NCBI GenBank assembly: GCA_021789815.1 | Contig: JAJYIZ010000001.1 | Location: 1 to 24,000, forward strand | DNA length: 24,000 bases | Direction of reading: 5' to 3' | From: Candidatus Micrarchaeota archaeon | GTDB taxonomy: Archaea > Micrarchaeota > Micrarchaeia > Micrarchaeales > Micrarchaeaceae | Shown here: in pieces, positions 7,696 to 16,030 of the stretch | Numbering within the stretch: the stretch's first letter is position 1 | Layout of the letters: each line of letters begins with the position of its first letter | Position numbers and translations under genes: made by a program | Notes under the pieces: generated by a model | What the model saw: the letters and a program-made list of their open reading frames with translations, nothing else | What the model was told of the DNA's origin: nothing | Databases searched by the model: none

Positions 7696-10638
7696 TTAGT
7701 GTGTTGCTGCAGCGTAGAGATCCTGTATGAACTGGTTTGCAGCAGCTGTTGTCTGTGCCGCTGTGTATCCAGCCACGTAGATCTTGTTGCCGTATGCCTG
7801 CACTATCTGTGTCGATGGTACGACGGTTATGTTCTGGCTCGACTCGACCTGCTTAGACACGCTGTTGACGTATCCGCTTCCTACTAGGACCAATGAGCTG
7901 GCAGGGTTTGCCTGCGAGTCAAGGACCACTAGCGGTGTAGTCGTCAGGTTGCTCAGCCATACTGCCGTTGTTGCCTGTGACACTGATGGTGTTGCTGTCA
8001 GGTTGCTCAATCCAGATATCGAGTATGTCGCTCCTGCTCCAAGCGTTGCCGTGCCTGTTATCTTAGACACCGTAACGTTGTGTACTCCAGGTATGTTTAC
8101 TGCCTGGCCTACTGAGAACGGACCATACTGGTGCTGGTTTGTGGTTGTTACTGCTCCACCTGTGCTTGGCGATACCGCGAACTGCAGGGAGTCTACCTGT
8201 GTTGCGTAGTTGATTGTCAGCGATGTTGCTGAATCTGACGCAAATGTTCCTCCGCGCTCACCCTTGAATCCTGGGCCAACGTTCACCTGGTTGTTCTGAG
8301 TTGATGTGTACGTTATGTTGTTCCTTGTTCCAGGCGTTGTTCCTGTTGGTGCTGATGCGTTCACCCAGAAGAGCGGTGCTGCTGTAACTCCCGATGAGGC
8401 GTTGCTTATCGAGAATGCATGCTGCGATGTGAACGATGTCGTTCCAGGTACTGGGTACGATATTGCGTTGTACACGAAGTATGCCGAAGCTGCGTTCTGG
8501 CTTGGTGTTCCTGACGTTGCTGCTATCGTGAACGTTGCCAATGGTTGGCCGTTCTGCTGGTTGTATATCACGTTCGCTCCGCTTACCTGGCTCATGTAGT
8601 TCTTGCCAGATTGCTGGTATAGCAGTGTTGGCGGCAGGGTTATCAACGATACTGTGTTCGATGATACCGCGTTGACGCTGTTCAATGTTATCGTCACGCC
8701 TGGGTATGCGCTGCTCAGCTGTATCGATGTTATGTTCGTGAACGGAGTCCATACCAGCTGGTTCGCGTTCGGGCTTGTGAAGACTATCGAGTTTGTCTCG
8801 GACAGCGTGTTTGACGAACCCTTCAGGGTTACTGTCAATGGGTTGTTCGTGTTGACAAAGTTTCCAGTCATCTGCAAGCGTATGTTCACGTTGTTTCCAA
8901 CAGTGTTGCTTCCCTGGTTTCCTATGAAGTTACCAGCGAAGAGCTCGTACGGGTCAAGGTTATACTGTGCTGTGGAACCCTGCTGTCCGCCGAAGCTGAA
9001 CGCGTTGTTTATGCTGCTCGTCAGAGTCAGGTACTGTGCCGGCTCTGTTATGTTGTTGATCGAACCGTTTACACCAGTCGAGGTTGCGCTGAATGTGCTC
9101 GTTACAAGCTGGAACTTCGCTGACGATGTTGAACTTGTCTTCCAGTTCAACGGGTCGTAGTTGCTTCCAAGCGTGTCACCTAGGAACTGTACGCTCCATG
9201 CCGCAGGGTTGTGTATGAATGTGAACGACTGTCCCTGCATCAGGGTTCCTGGCGTAGCGTTGTACACCAATATTCCCTGCAATGCTATCGCGTTTCCAGA
9301 TGAGCTTGTGTTTGTCCAGAGCAGGTTTACGTTCCAGCCCGGGTCGTTCGTCTGGTTGTAGGTGCTCCCGTCGTTCAGCTTGAAGACGTTGGAGTAGAGC
9401 TGCATCTTTGCGTACTTCTGGTATGCATACAATCCGGCGAATGTCTGGTTCACCTTCAGGTATACCTTTACGCCAGATACGTTGAACGATGCTGTTGTTC
9501 CTGGCTGTATGGACGTTACGTTTGTCAACGCACCATTGTAGTACAGGTTTATTGCTGCTGGGCTTACACCGTTGCTGTTAGGCTGACCTATGTCTGTAAG
9601 CTGCGCCTTGAAGGCACCGCCCGTCAGGTTCTGCCCTACGTATATTGTAGCAAGTGGTGATAGCGATGATGCGACTATCAGGTGTCCGCCGTTTACTACT
9701 GTTGTTGAGGTTGCAGTCTTTGTTCCAGATCCTGCTCCCAATGTTATGTTGTATGTTGACGCTCCTGGCAGTTCATATCCTATTATTGTCCAGTTCTGGC
9801 CAAGGAACTTGAACGCTGCGTTGTTCACTCCTGTTCCGCCAGAGGTTGTGCTCATCACTATTGGCTTTGCGAATGCTACCTGGTATGCCCCGCCTACGCT
9901 CTGTATCGTGAAGGCGTTGACTCCAGACGCTTGGTCGAATACTGGGAATCCTGTTAGCCAAAGCAATTCGGATTCTCCGTATGAGCCGGAGTTCGCAAGC
10001 AGTGATGGTAGTTGCGACGCTGTTACTTCTAGTATGTTGTCATCGGAGCTGTTCGTGAATGACGAGTATGCCATTCCGCCTCCAGATGTGGTTGTTACAG
10101 TTGTTCGTGGAACAGAACCCAATGCAGAGTATGGCGAGGCCGCTGGCGATACTGTAAGCGATGCGCTCTCCGGGTATGCATAGTTCGTGTTGCCCTGTGC
10201 AACCTTTGTGTACTGTGGTGCGCCGACCTGGACCGCTCTGTTAAGAACAGATCCTATAAGCGCTGTGAATGAGTATGCTCCTGATACTGTTGTTGCTCCT
10301 GTCGTGTTCAGCCAGACCTGCTGGTTTGTTATCGTTGCTGCGCCAGGGTTTGATACCGTGACGTGCAGCACGTTGTTTGCGTTGGATGTGTTGACTGTTG
10401 CGGTTACCGCTACAGACGTATAAGCAAGGTTGCCTATTGCAGCTGCAATGTTTGCAGCAGCGATTCCGTCTGATATTGCCGCCTTTGATCCAACTACAAT
10501 CTGAACGAGTGGTTGTCCTGAGCTACCGATTATCTGTACGTTCTGGAAGGTTACTGGGCCTGCAAACGCAAGTCCTACTCCTAACAGTGCTGCCCCTGCA
10601 GCGACTGCTGCTATCCTTTTCGTGCTTAGTCTATTCAT
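7696..10638 (-). CDS. S-layer (surface-layer) glycoprotein candidate
   Basis: 980 aa. Signal peptide (KRIAAVAAGAALLGVGLAFAGPV). No TM anchor and no cysteine. The composition is strongly T/S/N/G/A/V-rich. I count about 22 N-X-S/T sequons by hand. The N-terminal 'QIVVGSKAAISDGIAAANIAAAIGNLA' and C-terminal 'KIYVAGYTAAQTTAAANQFIQDL' resemble, from memory, the conserved end motifs of Methanococcales/Thermococcales-type S-layer proteins. The gene has its own AT-rich upstream region and terminator. Confidence 0.6.
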   Translation of the reverse strand: MNRLSTKRIAAVAAGAALLGVGLAFAGPVTFQNVQIIGSSGQPLVQIVVGSKAAISDGIAAANIAAAIGNLAYTSVAVTATVNTSNANNVLHVTVSNPGAATITNQQVWLNTTGATTVSGAYSFTALIGSVLNRAVQVGAPQYTKVAQGNTNYAYPESASLTVSPAASPYSALGSVPRTTVTTTSGGGMAYSSFTNSSDDNILEVTASQLPSLLANSGSYGESELLWLTGFPVFDQASGVNAFTIQSVGGAYQVAFAKPIVMSTTSGGTGVNNAAFKFLGQNWTIIGYELPGASTYNITLGAGSGTKTATSTTVVNGGHLIVASSLSPLATIYVGQNLTGGAFKAQLTDIGQPNSNGVSPAAINLYYNGALTNVTSIQPGTTASFNVSGVKVYLKVNQTFAGLYAYQKYAKMQLYSNVFKLNDGSTYNQTNDPGWNVNLLWTNTSSSGNAIALQGILVYNATPGTLMQGQSFTFIHNPAAWSVQFLGDTLGSNYDPLNWKTSSTSSAKFQLVTSTFSATSTGVNGSINNITEPAQYLTLTSSINNAFSFGGQQGSTAQYNLDPYELFAGNFIGNQGSNTVGNNVNIRLQMTGNFVNTNNPLTVTLKGSSNTLSETNSIVFTSPNANQLVWTPFTNITSIQLSSAYPGVTITLNSVNAVSSNTVSLITLPPTLLYQQSGKNYMSQVSGANVIYNQQNGQPLATFTIAATSGTPSQNAASAYFVYNAISYPVPGTTSFTSQHAFSISNASSGVTAAPLFWVNASAPTGTTPGTRNNITYTSTQNNQVNVGPGFKGERGGTFASDSATSLTINYATQVDSLQFAVSPSTGGAVTTTNQHQYGPFSVGQAVNIPGVHNVTVSKITGTATLGAGATYSISGLSNLTATPSVSQATTAVWLSNLTTTPLVVLDSQANPASSLVLVGSGYVNSVSKQVESSQNITVVPSTQIVQAYGNKIYVAGYTAAQTTAAANQFIQDLYAAATH

Positions 10639-10837
10639 GCTATCACGTAAGTGTGTGAGATTACCTAGAAAGTAAAGTATTTAAAGGTATGTGTAATCCA
10701 TATAATTTATTTTATAAAAAGACTTTTATTATTCGTCTTGTGTCATACATCCTTTCTTTTATCAACGCATTACCTAGATGGTAGCGCATTTCGGTTTACT
10801 TTCGGCTTTCTTCTGGTTTCCAAACCTCTGCACCTAA

Positions 10838-10846
10838 GTATAAAAG
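10838..10846 (+). promoter_or_regulatory. TATA box (GTATAAAAG) for the aglB-like gene
   Basis: Centred about 40 bp upstream of the ATG at 10882, which predicts a short 5' UTR. It lies in the 243-bp divergent intergenic region shared with the S-layer gene. Confidence 0.45.
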
Positions 10847-10881
10847 CTTTCAGGTCAAAGCTAATGCTGCTTGTGATCTAG

Positions 10882-13167
10882 ATGGATGAACGGGAGGAAG
10901 CAGCGCTTAGAGAGAAGCTAGAACGGTTGAGGACAGGGAGCAAGCAACATCGTCACGAGGAGCCCCAGGTCCATGAAAGGAAGAGGAATATACTTGATAA
11001 TAGGTATATCTTCCTGTCAATCGTCGTCCTGATCTTCCTTGTCAATATAGTGCTAAGGATGGGGCTGGCGCATTATACGGGCTTCTTCGAGCCGGATGGC
11101 TTCTTCCACTATGCTGTATTGGGCCAGGCTATAGCCAACCATTACATAGTTCCAGCCAACCAGACCATCTCTGGCTTTCCGTCGCATAACGGCATAACAG
11201 AGCCCAACGGCCTCTATTATATGACGCTCATTCCATACTCAATACTCAAGTATGTAGGGATCAGCTACTATAATATAGAGCGGTACATATCCGTACTCTT
11301 CGGGGTACTTGACGCTGTTGGAGCGTACTTCCTTGCAAAGTACATAACCAACAGCAGAACAGCCGGTCTTATCTCTATGCTCTTCATCAGCATATCGAGT
11401 GGGGACATAGCAAGGACAGCCGCGCTTGTCTATAGAGGAGATACATTTGTCACCATATTTGTACTGCTTGCGCTCATCTTCTTTGCAAAGAGCGCATTGG
11501 AGAGCAGGCCGACCAGACAGTATATTTATGCAGCATTGAGCGGACTGGTGCTCGGCACTGCAGCTGCCATATGGGGAGGGGCGCCCTTCGGCGTAGTAAT
11601 ATATATTGGGGCGCTTGCCGTATTGATAGTATACGCATTCCTGAAAGCGAGCGAAAGGCTCCTTTGGTCTGGCTTTGTCCTTTCTCTAGGGCTTCTCTTA
11701 TCATATATTGTAGAATGGATTTACCTGTATGCAAACGTGATAAGGTATGTCCCTTCGCTAGGAAGCATACACTTCTTCATATTCCTGCTCCCGCTGCTCC
11801 TCGGCTCGCTGCTAGCCTATTACGTGATAAAGAAAAAGGACGGAACGTTCTCTGCAATAGCAGAGACCTGGCAGAAGAGAGCGGTCTTCGTCATCATCGC
11901 CATACTTGTTGTCTTTGGCGCCGTATCCGTTTTGTTCTACGGCTACTTCACAACGCTCGCGAGCAGCGCATTCGGGACAGGCTCGCTTGGCACAACCATA
12001 CAGGAGCTACAGAGGCCGAGCCTGCTCTTCGTCTGGGATAGCTTCAGCTACCAGCTCATACTTGCACCCATAGGCCTTCTCTTGGCGCTCATCTTCGGCA
12101 GAAAGCTGGCAGGGCACGACAAGGCTGGCATGGCAAATGTTGCGCTCATTGCGGTTGCGGTCTACTTCCTAGTTACGATATGGCTGCAGTACAGCGCCAT
12201 AAGGTACAATTCGCTGGTTGCACCTCCGATAGCTATACTAGCTGCCTGCACAGTATACATTCTTCCAAAGCTCTTTCTTGGAAAGAGGAGACTTTTCACG
12301 TATGTATCGTACTTCTTTGTCGGCCTGTTCATAGCCCTCATAGCATTGAACATTTCGCAGACCTACGTGAATTCTTACACTAGCGGACAGGCCGACGGAA
12401 TAAACAATCAATTCCTTGCAGCTATGGCCTGGATGTATAATAATACACCGACAAGCGCAACCGTCTTGGCGCTCTGGCCTGACGGCAGCGTAGTAGAAGG
12501 CTGGGCGCACAGGCAGAGCTACATGGACAGCGTGAACGGCCAGACCAACTCGAAGATATACAACTTCTCGAGATGGCTCTTCTCGCAGAGCCCAGATGCG
12601 CAGTACCTGCTCAACGCAAGCAGGCCTCAGTATTTTGTAGTGCGCAATTACTGGGTGCAGGAATTGGGCGGCATAGCAGCAGAGGGTGAGATAGCGAATG
12701 CATCGCCGTACGGCTACGAGCAGATGAGCAGCCTGCATATACAGCAGGCCAACAACGGGACAACCGTGTACTTCTTCAACTCTAGCGCGTACCCATACTA
12801 CAGCGTGGATCTTGTCGAGCAGCACCCGGCCAATAGTACAGCAAGGTTCGTCGCCCTCTTTGGCAGCGCACTGTCCCAGGGTCGCGTTCCGTTGTCTTCA
12901 GTAATATTCGTAAACCAGACCGGCGGCCCATATTCCATTGCATTGCCAGGCCTGAACAACACCCTCAACTTCTCATTCGTGATGTTCTACCAGGGTTCGA
13001 CAATAACAGGAGGCGCAATACTGGGCCCTACCATGCCGAGAAGCAACTTCTTCAGGTTCGTGGATCTCTGCAGTTTGGCAACATGCCCATACAACGACAG
13101 CGGAGTGACGATGCAGGTCGTCTACCAGAACAGCGACACAAAGATAATCAAGATAAACTACCCATAG
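10882..13167 (+). CDS. aglB: STT3/AglB-like dolichyl-(pyro)phosphooligosaccharide-protein glycotransferase with a non-canonical WWDYG region
   Basis: 761 aa. The N-terminal half is polytopic (about 13 TM helices) and the C-terminal domain is soluble. The first external loop 'FFEPDGFFHYAV' resembles the STT3 D/ExD loop. 'AMAWMYNNTPTSATVLALWPDGSVVEGWAHRQSYMDSVNGQTNSKIYNFSRWLFS' is collinear with the STT3 block '...NTP..a.V.sWWDYGy.i....r.t..D.nt......ia..f', but reads LWPDG where WWDYG is expected. Confidence 0.6.
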   Translation: MDEREEAALREKLERLRTGSKQHRHEEPQVHERKRNILDNRYIFLSIVVLIFLVNIVLRMGLAHYTGFFEPDGFFHYAVLGQAIANHYIVPANQTISGFPSHNGITEPNGLYYMTLIPYSILKYVGISYYNIERYISVLFGVLDAVGAYFLAKYITNSRTAGLISMLFISISSGDIARTAALVYRGDTFVTIFVLLALIFFAKSALESRPTRQYIYAALSGLVLGTAAAIWGGAPFGVVIYIGALAVLIVYAFLKASERLLWSGFVLSLGLLLSYIVEWIYLYANVIRYVPSLGSIHFFIFLLPLLLGSLLAYYVIKKKDGTFSAIAETWQKRAVFVIIAILVVFGAVSVLFYGYFTTLASSAFGTGSLGTTIQELQRPSLLFVWDSFSYQLILAPIGLLLALIFGRKLAGHDKAGMANVALIAVAVYFLVTIWLQYSAIRYNSLVAPPIAILAACTVYILPKLFLGKRRLFTYVSYFFVGLFIALIALNISQTYVNSYTSGQADGINNQFLAAMAWMYNNTPTSATVLALWPDGSVVEGWAHRQSYMDSVNGQTNSKIYNFSRWLFSQSPDAQYLLNASRPQYFVVRNYWVQELGGIAAEGEIANASPYGYEQMSSLHIQQANNGTTVYFFNSSAYPYYSVDLVEQHPANSTARFVALFGSALSQGRVPLSSVIFVNQTGGPYSIALPGLNNTLNFSFVMFYQGSTITGGAILGPTMPRSNFFRFVDLCSLATCPYNDSGVTMQVVYQNSDTKIIKINYP

Positions 13168-13186
13168 CATAACTTAAAAATGCTGA

Positions 13187-14752
13187 TTGCATTTCTTTAT
13201 CATGCCAGGCATGCTTGGGCTCCTTCTGCAGCTAATCATAGATGCCTCTTTCTCTTGGGCGCGTATGCTGATAGCGCTCTTCTTGTCAATTGTTATAAGC
13301 ATAGGAATAGGCATCCTGGCAGCTAGGTCAAAACGGGCAGGCAGAATAATAATTCCTATACTTGATGTGCTGCAGACCCTCCCGATACTTGCATTCTTCC
13401 CTTTTGTAATCTTCATAGTTGTTGCAACGCTCCCGAACTACATAGGAATCAACGCCGCGGTGATATTCCTTATAGTGACGAGCATGGTCTGGAACATCGC
13501 GTTTGCCGTTTATGAATCCGTGAGCACACTTCCAAACAACCTTATAGAAGCGTCTAGGCTCTATGGCCTTGGCTGGTTCTCAAGAATGCGAAAGCTGTAT
13601 ATACCTGCGTGCATGCCTAGGGTCGCAGAGCAGTCCATACTCTCCTGGGCGGTGGGCCTTTTTTATCTAGTCACGAGCGAGATATTTTCCACTGGCAGCG
13701 CGCAGTATACTGTAAGGGGCATAGGCACAGGGATAGCACAGCTTGCGTTCTCTGGAAGCAGCCTGTACTACGCTCTGGGCATAGGCGTCTTCATACTCTT
13801 TGTCGTCGCTACAAGGTTCCTTCTCTTCAGGCCCTTCGAGAGATACACAACAAGGTATATGGAGCCGCAGCAGAGGAAGGTACAGGTCAGGGAGGTCTGG
13901 CTCGTTAGGGCCTTTTCCGGAATCTCATCGGTGCACGTGCCGAGGATAAGAATGCATATGAAAAGGCATGCAAGGGTCCCGGTGCCACGCGTCGAGAGAC
14001 GGATGAGGCTGCGCTTTTCGGGCTTCGTGGGAGTCCTCATACTTACGCTTGCGCTGCTCGCCGCTCTCTTCTTGACACACCCATACTTGGCAAGCTACGA
14101 GTTCATTACACTAGAGTCGCTTGTAGACTCTTTCGCTAGAGTCTGGTTCGCCTTCATAGTCATCTGCGCGGTATCGGTGCCGCTCGCGACATACATAGTC
14201 TTCATGTCCAAGAAAAGCAGCCATTACGTTACCCTATTCCAGATACTCGCATCGATACCAGCTACGATACTTCTGCCCGCTATAGCTGGGGGCCTTGCCG
14301 GAGTGCCGCACCGCGGCGAGATAACTTCATTGGCAATATTCTTCATAAGCGGACTCTGGTACATGGTCTTCGGCATGCTCTCCAGCGCTAGGACCCTGAG
14401 CCCAGAAGTCTTTGAGGTCAAGAGGAGTTTTGGGGTGCGGGGATGGCGCGCCTGGAAGGGTGTATACATTGGAGCACTCCTTCCAGGTATGATAACCGGG
14501 GGCATAACTGCGATAGCAGGTGAATGGAACGCCAGCATAGTCGCAGAGTTCTTCACCAAGCAGGGTATCTCCGGCACAAGCATAGTCAGCTCTGTGGGCA
14601 CAGGTATAGGCAGGCTGCTCGACCTCTCGCTCGCAAACGGCAACCTGCTCCTGGTCGGGATTGCATTAATAAACATGACCGTGATGATAGTACTTATCGA
14701 CATATTCGTGTGGAAGAGACTCTACAGGAAGATTGTCAGCACATGGGGATAG
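13187..14752 (+). CDS. ABC transporter permease, duplicated (two fused BPD-type transmembrane domains), NitT/TauT-like
   Basis: 521 aa. Two permease halves each carry an EAA-type loop ('EASRLYGLGWFSRMRKLYIPACMP' and 'EVKRSFGVRGWRAWKGVYIGALLPG'). They are joined by a very basic linker (RKVQVREV...RIRMHMKRHARVPVPRVERRMRLR). The ORF opens with TTG at 13187 and the first ATG is at 13202. It starts 19-34 nt after the aglB stop. Confidence 0.75.
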   Translation: MHFFIMPGMLGLLLQLIIDASFSWARMLIALFLSIVISIGIGILAARSKRAGRIIIPILDVLQTLPILAFFPFVIFIVVATLPNYIGINAAVIFLIVTSMVWNIAFAVYESVSTLPNNLIEASRLYGLGWFSRMRKLYIPACMPRVAEQSILSWAVGLFYLVTSEIFSTGSAQYTVRGIGTGIAQLAFSGSSLYYALGIGVFILFVVATRFLLFRPFERYTTRYMEPQQRKVQVREVWLVRAFSGISSVHVPRIRMHMKRHARVPVPRVERRMRLRFSGFVGVLILTLALLAALFLTHPYLASYEFITLESLVDSFARVWFAFIVICAVSVPLATYIVFMSKKSSHYVTLFQILASIPATILLPAIAGGLAGVPHRGEITSLAIFFISGLWYMVFGMLSSARTLSPEVFEVKRSFGVRGWRAWKGVYIGALLPGMITGGITAIAGEWNASIVAEFFTKQGISGTSIVSSVGTGIGRLLDLSLANGNLLLVGIALINMTVMIVLIDIFVWKRLYRKIVSTWG

Positions 14753-15494
14753 TTTGCACATAATAGAGGTTAACGAGGTTGGCTTCTCCTATGGGGATGC
14801 ACAGATAATAGATGAGGTGTCACTGCACGCCGACAGGGATGAATTTGTCTCGATAATAGGGCCATCAGGATGCGGCAAGAGCACCCTGTTAAGGATAATG
14901 GCCGGTCTTATAAAGCCAACGAAAGGGGACGTTCTCTTTGGACAGAAAAGGGTGGATGCCCCAGAAAAGGGAATCTCTTTTGTATTCCAGGACTTTGCTC
15001 TGTTGCCGTGGCTGACAAACATTGAGAACGTCAAGCTCGGCCTATCGATGTCGGATCTTAGAGAAAATGAAAAGGAAAAGCGGGCTATGGAATTGCTGAA
15101 GTCTTTTGGACTGGAGGGCTTCGAGGAGTCTTATCCGAATGTATTGAGCGGAGGAATGAAACAACGAGTTGGGATAGCACGCGCTATCGCATCCAATCCA
15201 AAAATAATACTGATGGATGAGCCCTTCAGCTCTCTCGACGAACTGACGGCAAATACACTTAGACAAGAGGTTCTGAGCATGCTAAAGGGGCCGCGCTCTC
15301 CGGTAAGCGCAGTTGTGATGGTTAGCCACAACGTTGAAGAGGCAGTGGAGCTCTCAGACAGAATAGTCATCCTCTCTGCAAAGCCATCGCATGTCACAAA
15401 GATGGTATCTCTTGATATGGCAAGGCCGAGAAACAGGGAGAGCAAGGAGTTTATGAAAACTGTAGATATCCTTTATTCTTATTTGACAGAGTGA
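14733..15494 (+). CDS. ABC transporter ATP-binding protein (NitT/TauT family, TauB/SsuB-like)
   Basis: Walker A 'GPSGCGKST', Q-loop 'FQDFALLPW', signature 'LSGGMKQRV', Walker B 'ILMDEPFSSLD' and H-loop 'VSHNVEEA' are all present. TTG starts are possible at 14733 (overlapping the permease end) or 14754 (2 nt after the permease stop). Confidence 0.9.
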   Translation: MSAHGDSLHIIEVNEVGFSYGDAQIIDEVSLHADRDEFVSIIGPSGCGKSTLLRIMAGLIKPTKGDVLFGQKRVDAPEKGISFVFQDFALLPWLTNIENVKLGLSMSDLRENEKEKRAMELLKSFGLEGFEESYPNVLSGGMKQRVGIARAIASNPKIILMDEPFSSLDELTANTLRQEVLSMLKGPRSPVSAVVMVSHNVEEAVELSDRIVILSAKPSHVTKMVSLDMARPRNRESKEFMKTVDILYSYLTE

Positions 15495-15495
15495 G

Positions 15496-15972
15496 TCACG
15501 CCGCACTCCACAATCCGCGTCTTGCATCCCTAGAAAGCATATGGTAGCTTATCGCCCATCTGTAGAGCGCCTCTCTAAGCAATGCCGCGTTTATCTCTGT
15601 CTCATTATGCAGATATATTCCGCGTTCCCTGAGAAGTTCTGATAGTTCTGTTGTGGGAAGCTCCCCCTCCTTCTTGAGGATCATTATCGAGCTCTTGAAT
15701 GGCTCTATATTGGAGATTTTCTTTTCTATGTATTTGTCGATGCTTGTCTGCTTGAGTTTGCGACCCTGCTCAGTCAGTGCAATGCTTCCGTCCTCCAATT
15801 TCACTATGCCCAACATAACGCACGCGTCAAGCAGCGGCAGCAGCTCGTCTATATTCTGCTTCACTATCTTAGAAAGCGTCGATATGTGGATGCTGCCCTT
15901 GTTATCCTTGATTATGCGCACAACCTCTTTTAGCTGACCAGGCTTTGCGATCGTTGGGAAGAGCTTTGCCAT
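15496..15972 (-). CDS. Stand-alone AAA-associated-domain protein (winged-helix-like; normally the C-terminal extension of NitT/TauT-type ABC ATPases)
   Basis: 'MAKLFPTIAKPGQLKEVVRIIKDNKGSIHISTLSKIVKQNIDELLPLLDACVMLGIVKLEDGSIALTEQGRKL' followed by a second helical module resembles the AAA-associated C-terminal domain (COG4754-like), recalled from memory. I place the start at the internal ATG at 15972. The longer ORF to 16083 adds a non-protein-like N-terminus and would overlap the divergent GT-C gene start. Confidence 0.5.
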   Translation of the reverse strand: MAKLFPTIAKPGQLKEVVRIIKDNKGSIHISTLSKIVKQNIDELLPLLDACVMLGIVKLEDGSIALTEQGRKLKQTSIDKYIEKKISNIEPFKSSIMILKKEGELPTTELSELLRERGIYLHNETEINAALLREALYRWAISYHMLSRDARRGLWSAA

Positions 15973-16030
15973 ACGGATATTTCTCAAATGGTATTTTAAT
16001 TGTTGTTTAGAATTCTGAACAGAGGATCTC

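Noticed and set aside
7784-10658. A chain of long plus-strand ORFs antisense to the S-layer gene (141, 97, 185, 66, 197, 78 and 86 aa).
   Set aside because: They tile the opposite strand of a 980-aa gene whose T/S/N/G/A/V-rich codon usage depletes stop codons on the antisense strand. Their translations are Cys/Phe/Val/Pro-rich and lack any motif. They have no promoters or independent starts. I read them as shadow ORFs.
10864-10881. A five-codon mini-ORF (ATG CTG CTT GTG ATC TAG) abutting the aglB ATG, a possible upstream ORF.
   Set aside because: The predicted TSS from the TATA box at 10838-10846 falls at about 10868, inside or after this mini-ORF. A 5-codon ORF is expected by chance and nothing in the sequence supports its translation.
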